From Candidatus Uhrbacteria bacterium (lineage in GTDB: Bacteria > Patescibacteriota > Patescibacteriia > UBA9934 > GWF2-40-263): DNA of 64,000 nucleotides. Numbering within the stretch: the first letter of the stretch is position 1; each line of letters opens with the position of its first letter. Location of the stretch: NCBI GenBank assembly GCA_037131775.1, contig JBAXQK010000001.1:76708-140707 (forward strand), given 5' to 3'. The translations under genes and the position numbers were made by a program. Shown here piece by piece: positions 36,795-47,258 of this stretch. The notes beneath the pieces are model-generated. The model was given only the letters and a program-made list of their open reading frames with translations. It was not told the DNA's origin and searched no databases.

Positions 36795-38540
36795 CTAGGA
36801 CTTGAAGACCTGTTCGGCGCGCTCGGGCTTGCCGTGAATCAGGAATCGAAAGACGACCTTGTGGATCGGATCGAGGTGAGGAAACATGGCTTCGACCTTG
36901 AGATAAACGAATGCCCTGCCCGTTGAATATTCCCCATCCTGGCGCGAAACGGCGGTATTCTCCGACCCGCGGGCAAGGAGAGGCCTCACGATCGCGTCTC
37001 CGACGCCGTCGTTGAGCGCGTCGCTGAACGCAGGATCTTTCCCCGCGTGCGCACGTTGGACGAACGTCGTTCGCTCGGACGTCGAAAGTCTCGTGAGCCT
37101 CGTCAAAATTTCTTGTGACAATTCCCTTGCGGCGATCTCGATCTTCCGCGTCGTAACCTCGTGCGTCTTGTTCGGATCCACGAAGCGATAGTTGCCCGAC
37201 GGGACGACGACGCCGCTCGTCTTCATGGATTCCAAGTCTCGTGCGACGACGGCACGCTTGACCCGAAGATCGGCAAGGATCGCCTCGACCGCGCCGGGAG
37301 CGGAGAGATAAACGGCATCGATCGCCTGGCGCCTGACGCGCTCGTAGGCAAGAACGGCCTGGTCTAGGCGCAGACGATACGTCGCAAATTCCGGAGAGGT
37401 CGCGTCCTTCTGCGAGATCATGTCGGTCGGAGGCGCAATCTCGTCGATACGACGTAACTTTTCCTGATAGTAGCCTGCGATGACCGGCATCCAATCGGGA
37501 ATTTTGACAAACGGAATGTCGATCAGCTGAATTGCCATTGCCCTGCGGCTCGCCGGGTCGGAAAAGACCGCGTCCTTGCCCATGCTGGTCGTGATACTCG
37601 AAAGGACCCCATGGAGCAGCTCGACTTCCTTCGGAGACGAGTTCTCAAACAGATTCCTGTACGTCTCTTCTTTCAGATTCGCATCAATCTCCGCGCCCGT
37701 CGATCCGTCTCTCAGATACGCGATCACCTCGTCCTTTATGAAGCGAGCGGCAGTCTCAATGTCCGTCTTTGCCTCGTGCCTTCTCGGATTCTCGCTTTCC
37801 GCGAAGACCTTCATCAGACGATGGTTTAGGAAATGCTGGCGCTCGTGCGTCATGATTACGTCAAACCCGTATGCGTCCGGAACCGTCTTTAGGACGATAA
37901 AGCTGCTGCTTATATCTCCGAGGTCCCAATGGGACGTCCCGTGCTTTCGATCCAGGGTAATCGACGTGTGCATGGATCCGCCATGGCGGTTTAAAATTTC
38001 GACCTGCTTGGTAAAGTCATCCGCCTTGCGATCCTCCAGGGCCGGGTCATAAAAAACATTGTAGTCCGCAGGGTTCGGGCAGGTCATGATGAAGTATCCC
38101 TCGCGGCGAACCAGAGACACAAGGCCAACGGGATGCTTCCCCGTCCGGGCGGTGAACAGCATCGCGGCGACGGTTTCCGGCGAGTCATCCCCGAATTTTT
38201 CCAATGCCTTTTTTTTCAAAAAATTCTCCTCATGGATCGCTGCCCTTAAAAGCGTCCCGTACTCGTTGACCGCCTCGCGGGCAGCATGTCGAATGGAAAA
38301 TCTGGTGGCGGGAGAATCCGGCGGAAGCCGCGCGATGAGCCGGTTGACCATCGCCGAATCAACGCCCGAGTCGGACGCCGAAAGGACGCGGTCCAATTCC
38401 AAAAGGGTCGCGACCGTCGACTGGCGACGGTCCATTGTGGCATGCTCCAGGGACTCGCGTCGCTCGGTCTGCGAAACCGTGTCCGGAACAAAGCGCCCTC
38501 CTTCGGGCGGAAATGATCGCTCTGCCATAGTTGAATCCAT
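36795..38540 (-). CDS. Large hypothetical cytoplasmic protein with an HExxH (HERQH) motif; no family recognised
   Basis: A 580-aa ORF of normal composition inside the glycan cluster. Contains ...VIMTHERQHFLNH.... Start (M1 or M10) uncertain. Confidence 0.4.
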   Translation of the reverse strand: MDSTMAERSFPPEGGRFVPDTVSQTERRESLEHATMDRRQSTVATLLELDRVLSASDSGVDSAMVNRLIARLPPDSPATRFSIRHAAREAVNEYGTLLRAAIHEENFLKKKALEKFGDDSPETVAAMLFTARTGKHPVGLVSLVRREGYFIMTCPNPADYNVFYDPALEDRKADDFTKQVEILNRHGGSMHTSITLDRKHGTSHWDLGDISSSFIVLKTVPDAYGFDVIMTHERQHFLNHRLMKVFAESENPRRHEAKTDIETAARFIKDEVIAYLRDGSTGAEIDANLKEETYRNLFENSSPKEVELLHGVLSSITTSMGKDAVFSDPASRRAMAIQLIDIPFVKIPDWMPVIAGYYQEKLRRIDEIAPPTDMISQKDATSPEFATYRLRLDQAVLAYERVRRQAIDAVYLSAPGAVEAILADLRVKRAVVARDLESMKTSGVVVPSGNYRFVDPNKTHEVTTRKIEIAARELSQEILTRLTRLSTSERTTFVQRAHAGKDPAFSDALNDGVGDAIVRPLLARGSENTAVSRQDGEYSTGRAFVYLKVEAMFPHLDPIHKVVFRFLIHGKPERAEQVFKS

Positions 38541-38613
38541 TTTACCCTCTTTCTCCCCTTCCCACAAACCAAAAACCGGTCCGACACGTCGTCGGACCGG
38601 TTCGAAATTCTTT

Positions 38614-39018
38614 CTAACGCTTCGCCCACTGCGGAGAGCGGCGCGCTCCGGTGTGGCCGTACTTCTTGCGCTCGCGCACGCGCGCGTCGCGGGAGAGGTA
38701 GCCGAGCTTTTTGAGCGTCGGGCGGAAGTCGATGCTGATGGTGATCAGCGCGCGGGCGATGCCGAGGCGAACCGCGTCGGCCTGGCCGTGCACGCCGCCT
38801 CCGGCGACGACGACGGAGACGTCAAACTTGTTCTCCGTTCCGGTCGCGACGAATGGGGCGTTGACCGCCTGCTGCAGCGTGAAGAGCGGGAAATATTCCG
38901 CCATCTCACGGCCGTTGACCGTGATCTTGCCCGAACCTTCCGGCGAGAGACGAACCTGGGCCGTAGCCTCCTTGCGGCGGCCGAGTCCCGGGATGTATTT
39001 TGCAGTCGTTTCGCTCAT
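38614..39018 (-). CDS. rpsI: 30S ribosomal protein S9
   Basis: C-terminal ...[17 protein letters not shown]. Confidence 0.95.
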   Translation of the reverse strand: MSETTAKYIPGLGRRKEATAQVRLSPEGSGKITVNGREMAEYFPLFTLQQAVNAPFVATGTENKFDVSVVVAGGGVHGQADAVRLGIARALITISIDFRPTLKKLGYLSRDARVRERKKYGHTGARRSPQWAKR

Positions 39019-39019
39019 A

Positions 39020-39379
39020 TTAGTTCGAGATAGTCAGACGGCGCATGCGAGGCGTGCGGTGCGTGTTCTTCGGAAGCATGCGGTCCACGGCGCGACGGAG
39101 AACGTCGGCCGGATCCTTGGCCCAAACGGTCTTCATCAGCGTGGCCGAAAGTCCGCGCGGACCGCCGGTGTGCGCATAGTACGTCTTCTGTTCCAGCTTG
39201 TTGCCAGAGATCTTCATCTTAGAGGCGTTCTTCACCTCGACCGCGTCGCCGTCGTCGACGTTCGGCGTCCAGCTGGCCTTGGTCTTTCCGATGAGGGTCA
39301 TGGCAATCTGGGTCGCGAGGCGTCCCGGAGCCATTCCTGCGGCGTCAAACGTTTGAATTGTGCGTGTGCTCTTCGTCAT
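39020..39379 (-). CDS. rplM: 50S ribosomal protein L13
   Basis: L13 family match. Start taken at [11 protein letters not shown]. Confidence 0.9.
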   Translation of the reverse strand: MTKSTRTIQTFDAAGMAPGRLATQIAMTLIGKTKASWTPNVDDGDAVEVKNASKMKISGNKLEQKTYYAHTGGPRGLSATLMKTVWAKDPADVLRRAVDRMLPKNTHRTPRMRRLTISN

Positions 39380-39383
39380 AGGA

Positions 39384-39734
39384 TTAGACAAGCTCAATCT
39401 GAACCACGTCCGCGGCGTCGCTCACGCGGTGTCCGAGCTTGACGATACGGGTGTAGCCGCCCATGCGCGTAGCATAGCGGGGACCAAGCACCTCCAAGAT
39501 CTTCTTCACCGGATGCTCGGTGTAGAAGAACTTCATGAGGTTGCGGCGCGTGGCGAGCGACGGGACCTTTCCCGACGTAATCGCGCGCTCCACGAGCGGA
39601 CGGACCGCCTTGGCCTTGGCCTCCGTGGTCTGCACCTTTTCGTACAGGATCACGCTTGCCGCAAGGTTGCGAAGCAAGGCTTCGCGCGGAGCTTTTTCAC
39701 GGCCGAGTTTTACGCTCTTTTTCCGATGACGCAT
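39384..39734 (-). CDS. rplQ: 50S ribosomal protein L17
   Basis: MRHRKKSVKLGREKAPREALLRNLAAS... L17 signature. Confidence 0.9.
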   Translation of the reverse strand: MRHRKKSVKLGREKAPREALLRNLAASVILYEKVQTTEAKAKAVRPLVERAITSGKVPSLATRRNLMKFFYTEHPVKKILEVLGPRYATRMGGYTRIVKLGHRVSDAADVVQIELV

Positions 39735-39742
39735 ACAAGTGT

Positions 39743-40456
39743 TTAAGCCGCGCTTTCCTCCGAAGCGATCGGATTTTGCAACAGAATGGAGAAATAATCG
39801 ATGAGAATCTTGGCGGACTCCTTCACGGCGTCCTCGGGGGTGATCGTGCCGTCGGTCTCGATGTTCATGACGAGCTTGTCGTAGTTGGTGATCTCGCCGA
39901 CGCGCGTGTTTTCGACGCGGTAGCCGACGTTTCGCACCGGCGAGTAGAGCGCGTCGATGGCGATCGTTCCGATGTCGTTGATTTCTCCCGTTCGTTCATC
40001 CGTCGGGATGTATCCGCGACCGCGGCCCACCGTGAGCTCAAGCTCGAACGTTCCGCCGTCGTCGGTGATCGTGGCGATCTTCATGTCCGGGTTGACGATC
40101 TCGACGTCGGCGTTCGCGTCAATGTCGCCGGCCGTCACCACGCGGGAGCCCTTGACCTTCAGGCTGAGCTTGACCGGCTCCTCGCTGAAGCACTTCAGGC
40201 GGAGGCCCTTGAGGTTCAGGATGATCTCCAGCATGTCTTCCTTGACATTCGGGATCGCCTGGAACTCATGGGTGCCGCCCTTGATCTTTACCGCCGTCAC
40301 GGCCGATCCCGGCAGCGACGACAGCATCACGCGGCGGAGCGCGTTTCCGAGGGTTGTTCCGTAACCGTGAAAGCACGGCTCAACGACCAAGACGCCCTCG
40401 TTGGAACGAGCGCCTGGTTCAAATTTGATCGTTGATGGGAGAAGGATGTTCTCCAT
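39743..40456 (-). CDS. rpoA: DNA-directed RNA polymerase alpha subunit, N-terminal domain only (no alpha-CTD)
   Basis: 237 aa covering the alpha-NTD dimerisation/assembly domain. Ends where the linker and CTD would begin. Confidence 0.9.
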   Translation of the reverse strand: MENILLPSTIKFEPGARSNEGVLVVEPCFHGYGTTLGNALRRVMLSSLPGSAVTAVKIKGGTHEFQAIPNVKEDMLEIILNLKGLRLKCFSEEPVKLSLKVKGSRVVTAGDIDANADVEIVNPDMKIATITDDGGTFELELTVGRGRGYIPTDERTGEINDIGTIAIDALYSPVRNVGYRVENTRVGEITNYDKLVMNIETDGTITPEDAVKESAKILIDYFSILLQNPIASEESAA

Positions 40457-40470
40457 AGGCTCGCAAAAAA

Positions 40471-41091
40471 TTAGCGAGAATAAAATTCAACGATGAGGGT
40501 CGGGTCGAAAATGGTCTTCAGGTCCTCTCCGGCCGGGAGCGATGTGACCTTTCCAATCAGTGTCGCGGAATCAACCGTCAGCCAGCGCGGGGCTTCTTTC
40601 TTCTGGACGCGCTCGTTCATTCCCACAAGCAGGCCCTTTGCCTTCTTGTTCTCCTTGAAGGTGATGACCTCTCCGACGTTTACGGAGTAAGACGGGATGT
40701 CCACGAGCTTGCCATTGATCATGATGAATCCGTGTCCGACCATCTGGCGGGCCTGGCGACGGGTCTTTCCGAAGCCGAGGCGGTAGATGACGTTGTCGAG
40801 ACGGCGCTCCAGGGTCTGGATCAGGTTGTCAGCCGTGTTCCCCTCCTTGGCCGTGGCGGCCTCGAAGTACTTGCGGAACTGGCGCTCCATGACGTTGTAC
40901 AGACGCTTGGCCTTCTGCTTCTCGCGAAGCTGAATGCCATACGAGGAGAGGCGAGGCTTTTTCATCGCCTGTGCCGGACCGTGGACGCCCGGGGGGAAAT
41001 TACGGCGCGTGAGCGCGCACTTTTCCTTGCCACAAAGCGAAACGCCCTCGCGTCGGCACATCTTGCAGGTTGTCATCAATGTCTTTCCCAT
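40471..41091 (-). CDS. rpsD: 30S ribosomal protein S4 (zinc-ribbon type)
   Basis: MGKTLMTTCKMCRREGVSLCGKEKC... resembles zinc-finger S4 N-termini, followed by the S4 RNA-binding domain. Confidence 0.9.
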   Translation of the reverse strand: MGKTLMTTCKMCRREGVSLCGKEKCALTRRNFPPGVHGPAQAMKKPRLSSYGIQLREKQKAKRLYNVMERQFRKYFEAATAKEGNTADNLIQTLERRLDNVIYRLGFGKTRRQARQMVGHGFIMINGKLVDIPSYSVNVGEVITFKENKKAKGLLVGMNERVQKKEAPRWLTVDSATLIGKVTSLPAGEDLKTIFDPTLIVEFYSR

Positions 41092-41099
41092 AGCAGAGA

Positions 41100-41501
41100 T
41101 TAGACGCGACGCGCTTTGCGCGCTCGGCATCCGTTGTGTGGAAGCGGGGTAAGGTCCTTAATGCTGGTGATGCTGAATCCATTTGCGTTCAGCGCGCGGA
41201 CGGCCGAGTCGCGGCCGGATCCGACACCCGTGACGAACACCGCGACGTCGCGAAGTCCGCTCTCCTTCACCTTGTCCGCAATGGTCTTGATGATCATGCT
41301 CGCGGCGTACGGAGTGGCTTTCTTCGGACCGCGGAACCCACAGGCTCCCGCGCTCGACCAGGCGAGCGTGTTGCCGTTCAGGTCGGTCACGGTGACGATG
41401 GTGTTGTTGTAGGTCGCCTGGATGAACGCACATCCCGTGGAAACCTGACGCATCACCTTGGCCTTGGCTTTTTTGTTGGTGGAAACTTTTACGGTTGCCA
41501 T
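41100..41501 (-). CDS. rpsK: 30S ribosomal protein S11
   Basis: ...AFIQATYNNTIVTVTD... S11 signature. Confidence 0.95.
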   Translation of the reverse strand: MATVKVSTNKKAKAKVMRQVSTGCAFIQATYNNTIVTVTDLNGNTLAWSSAGACGFRGPKKATPYAASMIIKTIADKVKESGLRDVAVFVTGVGSGRDSAVRALNANGFSITSIKDLTPLPHNGCRARKARRV

Positions 41502-41507
41502 AGGGGA

Positions 41508-41894
41508 TTATGTCTTGGTAAGTGCGCGACGTCCGGATCCCATCGTCTTGCGCACGTTGCCGCGCACGGTGCGGGAGTTGGTCTTGGTGCGCTGGCCGCG
41601 AACCGGCAGCTTGCGCATGTGGCGCGTGCCGCGGTAGCTGCCCGTGTCCTTCAGACGCTTGATGTTGGACATGATGTCGCGGCGAAGGTCTCCCTCAAGG
41701 CGATGGCTCTTCTCGAGCGCCTCGCGGATGAGGGTCACCTGCTCCTCGGTCATGTCCTTCACGCGAAGGGATGCGTCGAGACCGACCTGCTTCAGGATGG
41801 CAGCCGAGGTGGTATCGCCGACGCCGAACACGTAGGTGAGGGCGATGACGATGCGTTTGTTGTTGGGGAGTGTAACTCCAGCAATGCGAGCCAT
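41508..41894 (-). CDS. rpsM: 30S ribosomal protein S13
   Basis: [26 protein letters not shown]... S13 signature. Confidence 0.95.
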   Translation of the reverse strand: MARIAGVTLPNNKRIVIALTYVFGVGDTTSAAILKQVGLDASLRVKDMTEEQVTLIREALEKSHRLEGDLRRDIMSNIKRLKDTGSYRGTRHMRKLPVRGQRTKTNSRTVRGNVRKTMGSGRRALTKT

Positions 41895-41897
41895 ATA

Positions 41898-42011
41898 TTA
41901 TCCCTGGCGCTGCTTATGGCGCGGGTTCTTACAAATAACACGGACCCGACCTTCACGGCGGATCACCTTACAATCGCGGCAGATAGCTTTTGCGGAGGCG
42001 CGAACTTTCAT
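41898..42011 (-). CDS. rpmJ: 50S ribosomal protein L36 (38 aa; too short for the ORF track)
   Basis: Manual translation of the minus strand gives [37 protein letters not shown] (Cx2Cx12Cx4-like zinc ribbon). Lies between rpsM and infA as in the canonical cluster. Confidence 0.85.
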   Translation of the reverse strand: MKVRASAKAICRDCKVIRREGRVRVICKNPRHKQRQG

Positions 42012-42014
42012 AGA

Positions 42015-42248
42015 CTAGAAGCGATAAACTATTCTTCCTTTCGTAAGGTCGTAAGGACTCATTTCAATCTTCACGTCATCCCCAGGCAGAATGCGAATGC
42101 GGTTCATGCGCATCTTTCCGGACAGATGTCCCGTGATATACTGTCCATTTTCCAACTTGATTTTAAATTGGGCTCCAGGAAAAAGTTCTTCAACCTTTCC
42201 CCGCATCTCAATAAAATCTTTTGCCCCTTGTTCGCTCATAATCGTCAA
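42015..42248 (-). CDS. infA: Translation initiation factor IF-1
   Basis: S1-like OB fold: ...[38 protein letters not shown]. Confidence 0.9.
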   Translation of the reverse strand: MTIMSEQGAKDFIEMRGKVEELFPGAQFKIKLENGQYITGHLSGKMRMNRIRILPGDDVKIEMSPYDLTKGRIVYRF

Positions 42249-42305
42249 GATTCTATCAGTTGAGCGAAAAAATGCAAGAGGGTGTGGATAGCTGAACGCG
42301 CCGGT

Positions 42306-42334
42306 ATTGTACGTTTTTGTGGCATAGGTGTCAA
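42306..42334 (-). promoter_or_regulatory. Sigma70-like promoter (TTGACA-17-TACAAT on minus strand) upstream of the infA-rpmJ-rpsM-rpsK-rpsD-rpoA-rplQ-rplM-rpsI cluster
   Basis: Reverse complement reads cccTTGACAcctatgccacaaaaacgTACAATacc. The -35 overlaps the alaS stop codon. About 50-nt leader to infA. Confidence 0.45.
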
Positions 42335-44232
42335 GGGTTTGACGGTTGGTCGTCTAAGGTCGCCTTAATTCTTCGGATTCCCGCGGCAACCGCCTCCTCC
42401 TTTGCAATGCGGAAAGCGCCTAGTTCCTTAGTGTTTTCAACATGCGGACCGCCGCAGACCTCCCGCGAATAGTAGTCCCCCGTGGCCTCGTTTCCAATAA
42501 AGTACACCTTGATCTTTCCGCCGAGCGACGCGTACTTATCCTCAAATACGCCGATGGCTCCGCGCTTCTTGGCCTCGTCGAGCTCCAGGATTTCGAAATG
42601 GACCGGGAGGGCGAGCCGAATGTTCTCGTTGACGATGTCCTCGACCCGCTGGATCTGCTCCGGCGTCATCTTGTCCGGATGGGAGAAGTCGAACCGGGCT
42701 CGCTCCGCAGTGATGTTCGATCCGCGCTGGAACACATGGTCGCCGAGGACGGTCCGCAGCGCCTGGTGCAGCATGTGCGTCGCCGTGTGCAGCCGAACGA
42801 CCGCGGCCGAGTGATCGGCCAGCCCGCCCGCGAACTTCTGCTCGGATCCGGACCGTGACAGGTCCTGGTGCTTTTTGAATTCGCCCTGGAATACTTCGCG
42901 GTCCACAATCTGCCCCTTTTCCCGTGCCAGCTCTTCGGTCAGCTCCCAGGGAAAGCCGTAGGACTGATACAGATTGAACGCGTCCACGCCCGACACGGCG
43001 GACGAATTCACGAAGATCTTCTCGAATTCCCTCAGTCCCTTTTCAAGCGACGTCTTGAACTTAGCCTCTTCCTTCACGATCTCGGCGACGACAAGATCGC
43101 GTTTCCCTCCAAGCTCCGGATACGCGTCCTTGTACGTTTCGACGTACGCGGATACCACGGATCCGCAAAACGCGTCGTTCGCCCCGAGCTTATGCGCGAA
43201 CCGGATCGCGCGACGGACGAGGCGTCGAACGAAGTATCCCTGGTCCTTGTTGGACGGAACCACGCCGTCCGCGATAAGGAAGGTCGCGGCGCGCAAGTGG
43301 TCGAGTGCGACGCGAAACGCGTAGGTCTCGGCGCCATTCGCCCCGTACGTCTTCCCCGTGACCTTCTCAATCGAGGCGCGAGCCCCGTCGAACAGGCTGA
43401 TGCGAAAGATGTCCGGGTCGTCGCTCACTGCCATTGCCATGCGTTCCAATCCCCCGCCGAAATCAACGTTCCTCTTCGGCAGCTCGACGAACCCCGCGTC
43501 CGTCTTCACAAACTGCATGAACACGTTGTTTCCGATCTCCACGAAACGCCCGCAGTCGCAGTTCACGTGGCACGGCAGCTTCGCGAACTCCGACGCCTCG
43601 TGCAGCCCGCGCTCGATCCCGAAGTCCCAGAACATCTCCGTATCCGGCCCTCCCGGCTCGCCCACCGGCATCTTGTCGGGCGTTCCCGAGCGCGACCACC
43701 AGTTTTTCTTCTCCGGGTAAAAGAAGATGCGCCCGCCGTTCATCCCATACGAGTCGGAGTGGTCGATCGCCTTCGCCTCGACGCCGACCGACGCGAACGC
43801 CTCCTGCCAGTAGCCAACCGTCTCGTCGTCCTTCGGAATCCCGATCGCGTCGTTTCCGCGGAAGACGGTCACGTACAGGCGCTTCGGATCAATTCCAAGC
43901 TCCTTCGTCAGGAAGCCGAACATCCAGTCCACCTGATCCTTCTTGAAATAATCCCCGAGCGACCAGTTCCCGAGCATCTCGAAGAACGTCGTGTGGCGGT
44001 TGTCGCCCACCTCCTCGATGTCTCCCGACCGAAAGCACTTCTGCGAGTCGGCGATGCGCGTCCCTTCCGGGTGCGTCTCCCCGAGCAGATATGGGACCAT
44101 CGGCTGCATGCCGGATCCGGTAAACAGGGTGGTCGGGTCGTTCTCCGGAAGCAACGACGCGGACGAGACCACTTTGTGGCCGCGCGCGGCGAAATAGTCG
44201 AGATAGGCCTTGCGAATGTCGGATGCGTTCAT
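42331..44232 (-). CDS. alaS: Alanyl-tRNA synthetase, short form (catalytic + editing domains, no C-Ala domain)
   Basis: Class II AlaRS N-terminus. Editing-site [37 protein letters not shown] and CGGPHV. Ends after the editing domain (633 aa). Confidence 0.9.
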   Translation of the reverse strand: MNASDIRKAYLDYFAARGHKVVSSASLLPENDPTTLFTGSGMQPMVPYLLGETHPEGTRIADSQKCFRSGDIEEVGDNRHTTFFEMLGNWSLGDYFKKDQVDWMFGFLTKELGIDPKRLYVTVFRGNDAIGIPKDDETVGYWQEAFASVGVEAKAIDHSDSYGMNGGRIFFYPEKKNWWSRSGTPDKMPVGEPGGPDTEMFWDFGIERGLHEASEFAKLPCHVNCDCGRFVEIGNNVFMQFVKTDAGFVELPKRNVDFGGGLERMAMAVSDDPDIFRISLFDGARASIEKVTGKTYGANGAETYAFRVALDHLRAATFLIADGVVPSNKDQGYFVRRLVRRAIRFAHKLGANDAFCGSVVSAYVETYKDAYPELGGKRDLVVAEIVKEEAKFKTSLEKGLREFEKIFVNSSAVSGVDAFNLYQSYGFPWELTEELAREKGQIVDREVFQGEFKKHQDLSRSGSEQKFAGGLADHSAAVVRLHTATHMLHQALRTVLGDHVFQRGSNITAERARFDFSHPDKMTPEQIQRVEDIVNENIRLALPVHFEILELDEAKKRGAIGVFEDKYASLGGKIKVYFIGNEATGDYYSREVCGGPHVENTKELGAFRIAKEEAVAAGIRRIKATLDDQPSNP

Positions 44233-44279
44233 AGTGCGCGTATTCTGCCCGTTTCTAAATGAATCGACAAGCTTAACCG

Positions 44280-45893
44280 TCAGGCTCCTTCCGTCGCGAT
44301 CGTTTCTTCCGGCTGAGCCTTCTTCAGAACGCGGCGTTTCAGACCGGCAAGCACGTCGACCAATTCCCTGCTCTTGAGCGCGTGGGAAATAGCGACGTAC
44401 ACGACCAGACCGGCGCCCCCCGCGACAAGTCCCTGGGTCAAAACCCCCATGAATGTCTCAAGCGGAATCACGCGAACGATGAGCGGCTTCAGGGACTGGA
44501 TCGTCACGGCGCATCCGATGCCGGCGGTTGCGGTAACGTAGAGCGACCGCAGGATAATGCTCTCATGAAGCGTTCCCATGCGCTGGCGGAGCGAGACCCA
44601 GAGCAGCACCACGTCCGCGAACGCGCCGATCGTGAATCCCATCGCCATGCCGGTGACGCCGAACTCCCGAGCGAAGTACAGTCCGCTGACGAACGAGAGG
44701 ACGGTGGAGACGACCGCCATCGTAAGCGGCGTGGCCGTGTCGCGAATCGCGTAGAAAGCGCGCGCCAGGATCAGGGCCACGCACTGCGGGGCGAACCCGA
44801 GCGTGAAGAACGCAAGCGTGTCGGCAACGCGGATCGTGTCCCCCCAGCCGAACAGCCCGGCGCCGGCAACCACGCGGACGATCTGAGCGCGGAGGATGAG
44901 GAAGACGAGCATGAGCGGCACGGAAAGAAAGAGCACGTGACGGACGGCGTGATCGAAGGAATCCAGAAAGCGTCTCGTATCGCGCGCCTCGATTGCCTCC
45001 GCCATCGCCGGGAACGACGCGATCGCATAGGAGACGCCGACGATGCCGACGACGAAGAACTGGATGTTATATGCCACCTGGAAGACGGTCACGCTTCCCG
45101 CCGCAAGCGTCGTGGCAAGGACGGTCAGAATCACGAAGTCGATTTGGTTCACGGCGACTCCGAGCATGCGCGGCCCGGTCAGCCTGGCCAGGTCGCGGAG
45201 ATCCGGATCCTTCCGAGACAAAAGCGGCTTGTACCGGTATCCCGCGTCGAGTACTCCGTAAAGCTGCACGAGAAAATGAAGAAAGGCGCCGATGACCACG
45301 CCCCAGGCGAGCCCGATGGGTCCGAGGAGCGGGGTAAGCCAGAGCGCGCCCGCGATGATTCCGACGTTATAGAAGATCGGCGCGAGCGAGAATAACAGGA
45401 AGCGCTTTGTTCCCTGAAGGATGCTGCCGTATACGACGGAGAGCGCGAGGATGAACTGAGCGAGCACCATGACGCGCGTGTTGTCAGCGACGGCTCCCCG
45501 CTGGACTGCGTCGAACCCCGGGGCCATCAGCTCCGACAGCGGGCCGGCAAACACGAACAGAAATACGCACGCGACCGCCATGATCGCGGCAATCGCGTTC
45601 AACGCGTTGTTTGCAAACTCCCAGGCGCGCTTCTTCTGAAGCGGGTTGCTCCAATACCGCGTAAAGATGGGAATAAACCCGGCGGAAAGCGAGCCGACCA
45701 CAAGGAGGCTGAACACCAGGTCCGGCAGCTTGAACGCGGCATAATACGCGTCGAGCGTGGCTCCCGCGCCAAAATGACCGAGAAGGATACGATCGCGAAT
45801 CAGCCCGATGATTCGGCTTGCGAACGAGAGGGCTCCAACGATCGCGGCCGCGCCGACCACGGACTTGGACTCTGTGTTGAGAAACTTAAGCAC
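44280..45893 (-). CDS. murJ: Lipid II flippase MurJ (MviN)
   Basis: 14-TM MOP-family protein with a MurJ-like N-terminus (...IIGLIRDRILLGHFGAGATLDAYYAAFKLPD...). Confidence 0.85.
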   Translation of the reverse strand: MLKFLNTESKSVVGAAAIVGALSFASRIIGLIRDRILLGHFGAGATLDAYYAAFKLPDLVFSLLVVGSLSAGFIPIFTRYWSNPLQKKRAWEFANNALNAIAAIMAVACVFLFVFAGPLSELMAPGFDAVQRGAVADNTRVMVLAQFILALSVVYGSILQGTKRFLLFSLAPIFYNVGIIAGALWLTPLLGPIGLAWGVVIGAFLHFLVQLYGVLDAGYRYKPLLSRKDPDLRDLARLTGPRMLGVAVNQIDFVILTVLATTLAAGSVTVFQVAYNIQFFVVGIVGVSYAIASFPAMAEAIEARDTRRFLDSFDHAVRHVLFLSVPLMLVFLILRAQIVRVVAGAGLFGWGDTIRVADTLAFFTLGFAPQCVALILARAFYAIRDTATPLTMAVVSTVLSFVSGLYFAREFGVTGMAMGFTIGAFADVVLLWVSLRQRMGTLHESIILRSLYVTATAGIGCAVTIQSLKPLIVRVIPLETFMGVLTQGLVAGGAGLVVYVAISHALKSRELVDVLAGLKRRVLKKAQPEETIATEGA

Positions 45894-45896
45894 AGA

Positions 45897-47258
45897 TTAT
45901 TCGTCGAGGTTTCGAACGCTCACCCGCTTTGCCTTCGGACGGTCGAGTGCCTCGTCGTCCTCCCCGACGGTATTCTCATGAACGATTCCATGCGTCCCCG
46001 ACGGCATCGACGATACGGCCCTCGCGACAAGCTTCGACAGGCGCGACAGGCGCAAGACCATCCCAACCCCGATCAGCAACAGGAACGAGAGGAACGCGAT
46101 GATCACCTCCACCACCGTGTTTTGGATCGTCCAAAACGGAACGTGCGCGACGATCGAATCGGACGACGTGACGCCGGAAGGATCGATGACCGTAAAAGCG
46201 ACCGTAAATTCGCCGCTTGTGGTATAGGTGTGCTGAACCTCCGACCGGGACGACGTAACGCCGTCGCCAAAATCCCACTGGTACTGGTAACCGTCTGCCT
46301 CCGGAACGATCGCCTTGAAGGAATAGGCGTTCCAGGCCGTACGGGTCGTCAGGAAGATCGCCTTCGGGGAGATTTGCGTCCCGGCGGTCGTCGGCTCCGG
46401 AATGGACGTCGGGACAAGCTCAGCGACGGGAACGGTTTCCGCCTGCGCTTCCGTTGACGTCGAGGCGGACGCGGGATCCGTCGACGATGGCGTCGCAACG
46501 TCTGTCTTTCCGACAGGCGTCGTGACGGCAGGATTCGTCGTCGCGACCGGCTTCGGGGCGGTCGTCGTGACGGCCGGAGAAGCTTCCGGTAGCGGCGCGG
46601 CCGCAGGCGCGGCGACAACGACCGGCTCGACCTTCGAGCGCGTCTTGTCCGTCGGGTACGCGTCCTTCGCGTCCGAGACCCCGTCCTTGTCGGTGTCCGC
46701 CACGAGCGGATTGGACCCGTTTTCCTTCTCGACGTCGTCCGTCACGCCGTCGTTGTCGTCATCGTCGTCGCACGCGTTTCCGAGCCCGTCGCCGTCCGTG
46801 TCCAGCTGGCTGGCATTTTTCGTCGAAACGCAGTTGTCCTTTGAATCCGCGACCCCGTCGCCGTCCTGGTCCGGAACGGGCGTCGTCAGCTTCGTCATCG
46901 CCTCGTCGTTCGAAGCGTTCGTGTCCGTCGGTTCCGTTCCGCCGATGATCGCGCGAACATTGAACGCCGTATTGGGAACGACGAAATCGACGTACACCTC
47001 TTCCGGCGAGCCGTCGGCCCGGACGGAAATGACCTGGGACTGTCCGATCGCCCCGGTTCCCTGATAAAAAGTGACGTACCCATCCACGTCCACGTCTCCG
47101 ACGTTTTTGACCTGGGCGTAGACGCGCACGGTACTCCCGGCAATCAGGTCGCCGGAAAAGCTGATCGACGACTGGTCGATCGAAAGATCCGCGGACGACG
47201 ACGCGAATGCCGTCGACGCGGAGAAAAGTAATTGAAAAATGGAAAGAAGAAACATCAT
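45897..47258 (-). CDS. Cell-surface protein: signal peptide, CARDB-like domain, thrombospondin type-3 (Ca-binding DxDxDG) repeats, Thr/Pro-rich linker, PKD-like domain, C-terminal TM anchor
   Basis: [49 protein letters not shown] repeats; ...[12 protein letters not shown]... PKD-like; C-terminal hydrophobic helix. Confidence 0.55.
   Translation of the reverse strand: MMFLLSIFQLLFSASTAFASSSADLSIDQSSISFSGDLIAGSTVRVYAQVKNVGDVDVDGYVTFYQGTGAIGQSQVISVRADGSPEEVYVDFVVPNTAFNVRAIIGGTEPTDTNASNDEAMTKLTTPVPDQDGDGVADSKDNCVSTKNASQLDTDGDGLGNACDDDDDNDGVTDDVEKENGSNPLVADTDKDGVSDAKDAYPTDKTRSKVEPVVVAAPAAAPLPEASPAVTTTAPKPVATTNPAVTTPVGKTDVATPSSTDPASASTSTEAQAETVPVAELVPTSIPEPTTAGTQISPKAIFLTTRTAWNAYSFKAIVPEADGYQYQWDFGDGVTSSRSEVQHTYTTSGEFTVAFTVIDPSGVTSSDSIVAHVPFWTIQNTVVEVIIAFLSFLLLIGVGMVLRLSRLSKLVARAVSSMPSGTHGIVHENTVGEDDEALDRPKAKRVSVRNLDE

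Noticed and set aside
40405-40425. GGTTCAAAT tRNA-like T-loop motif
   Set aside because: It lies inside rpoA coding sequence and has no complementary stem.
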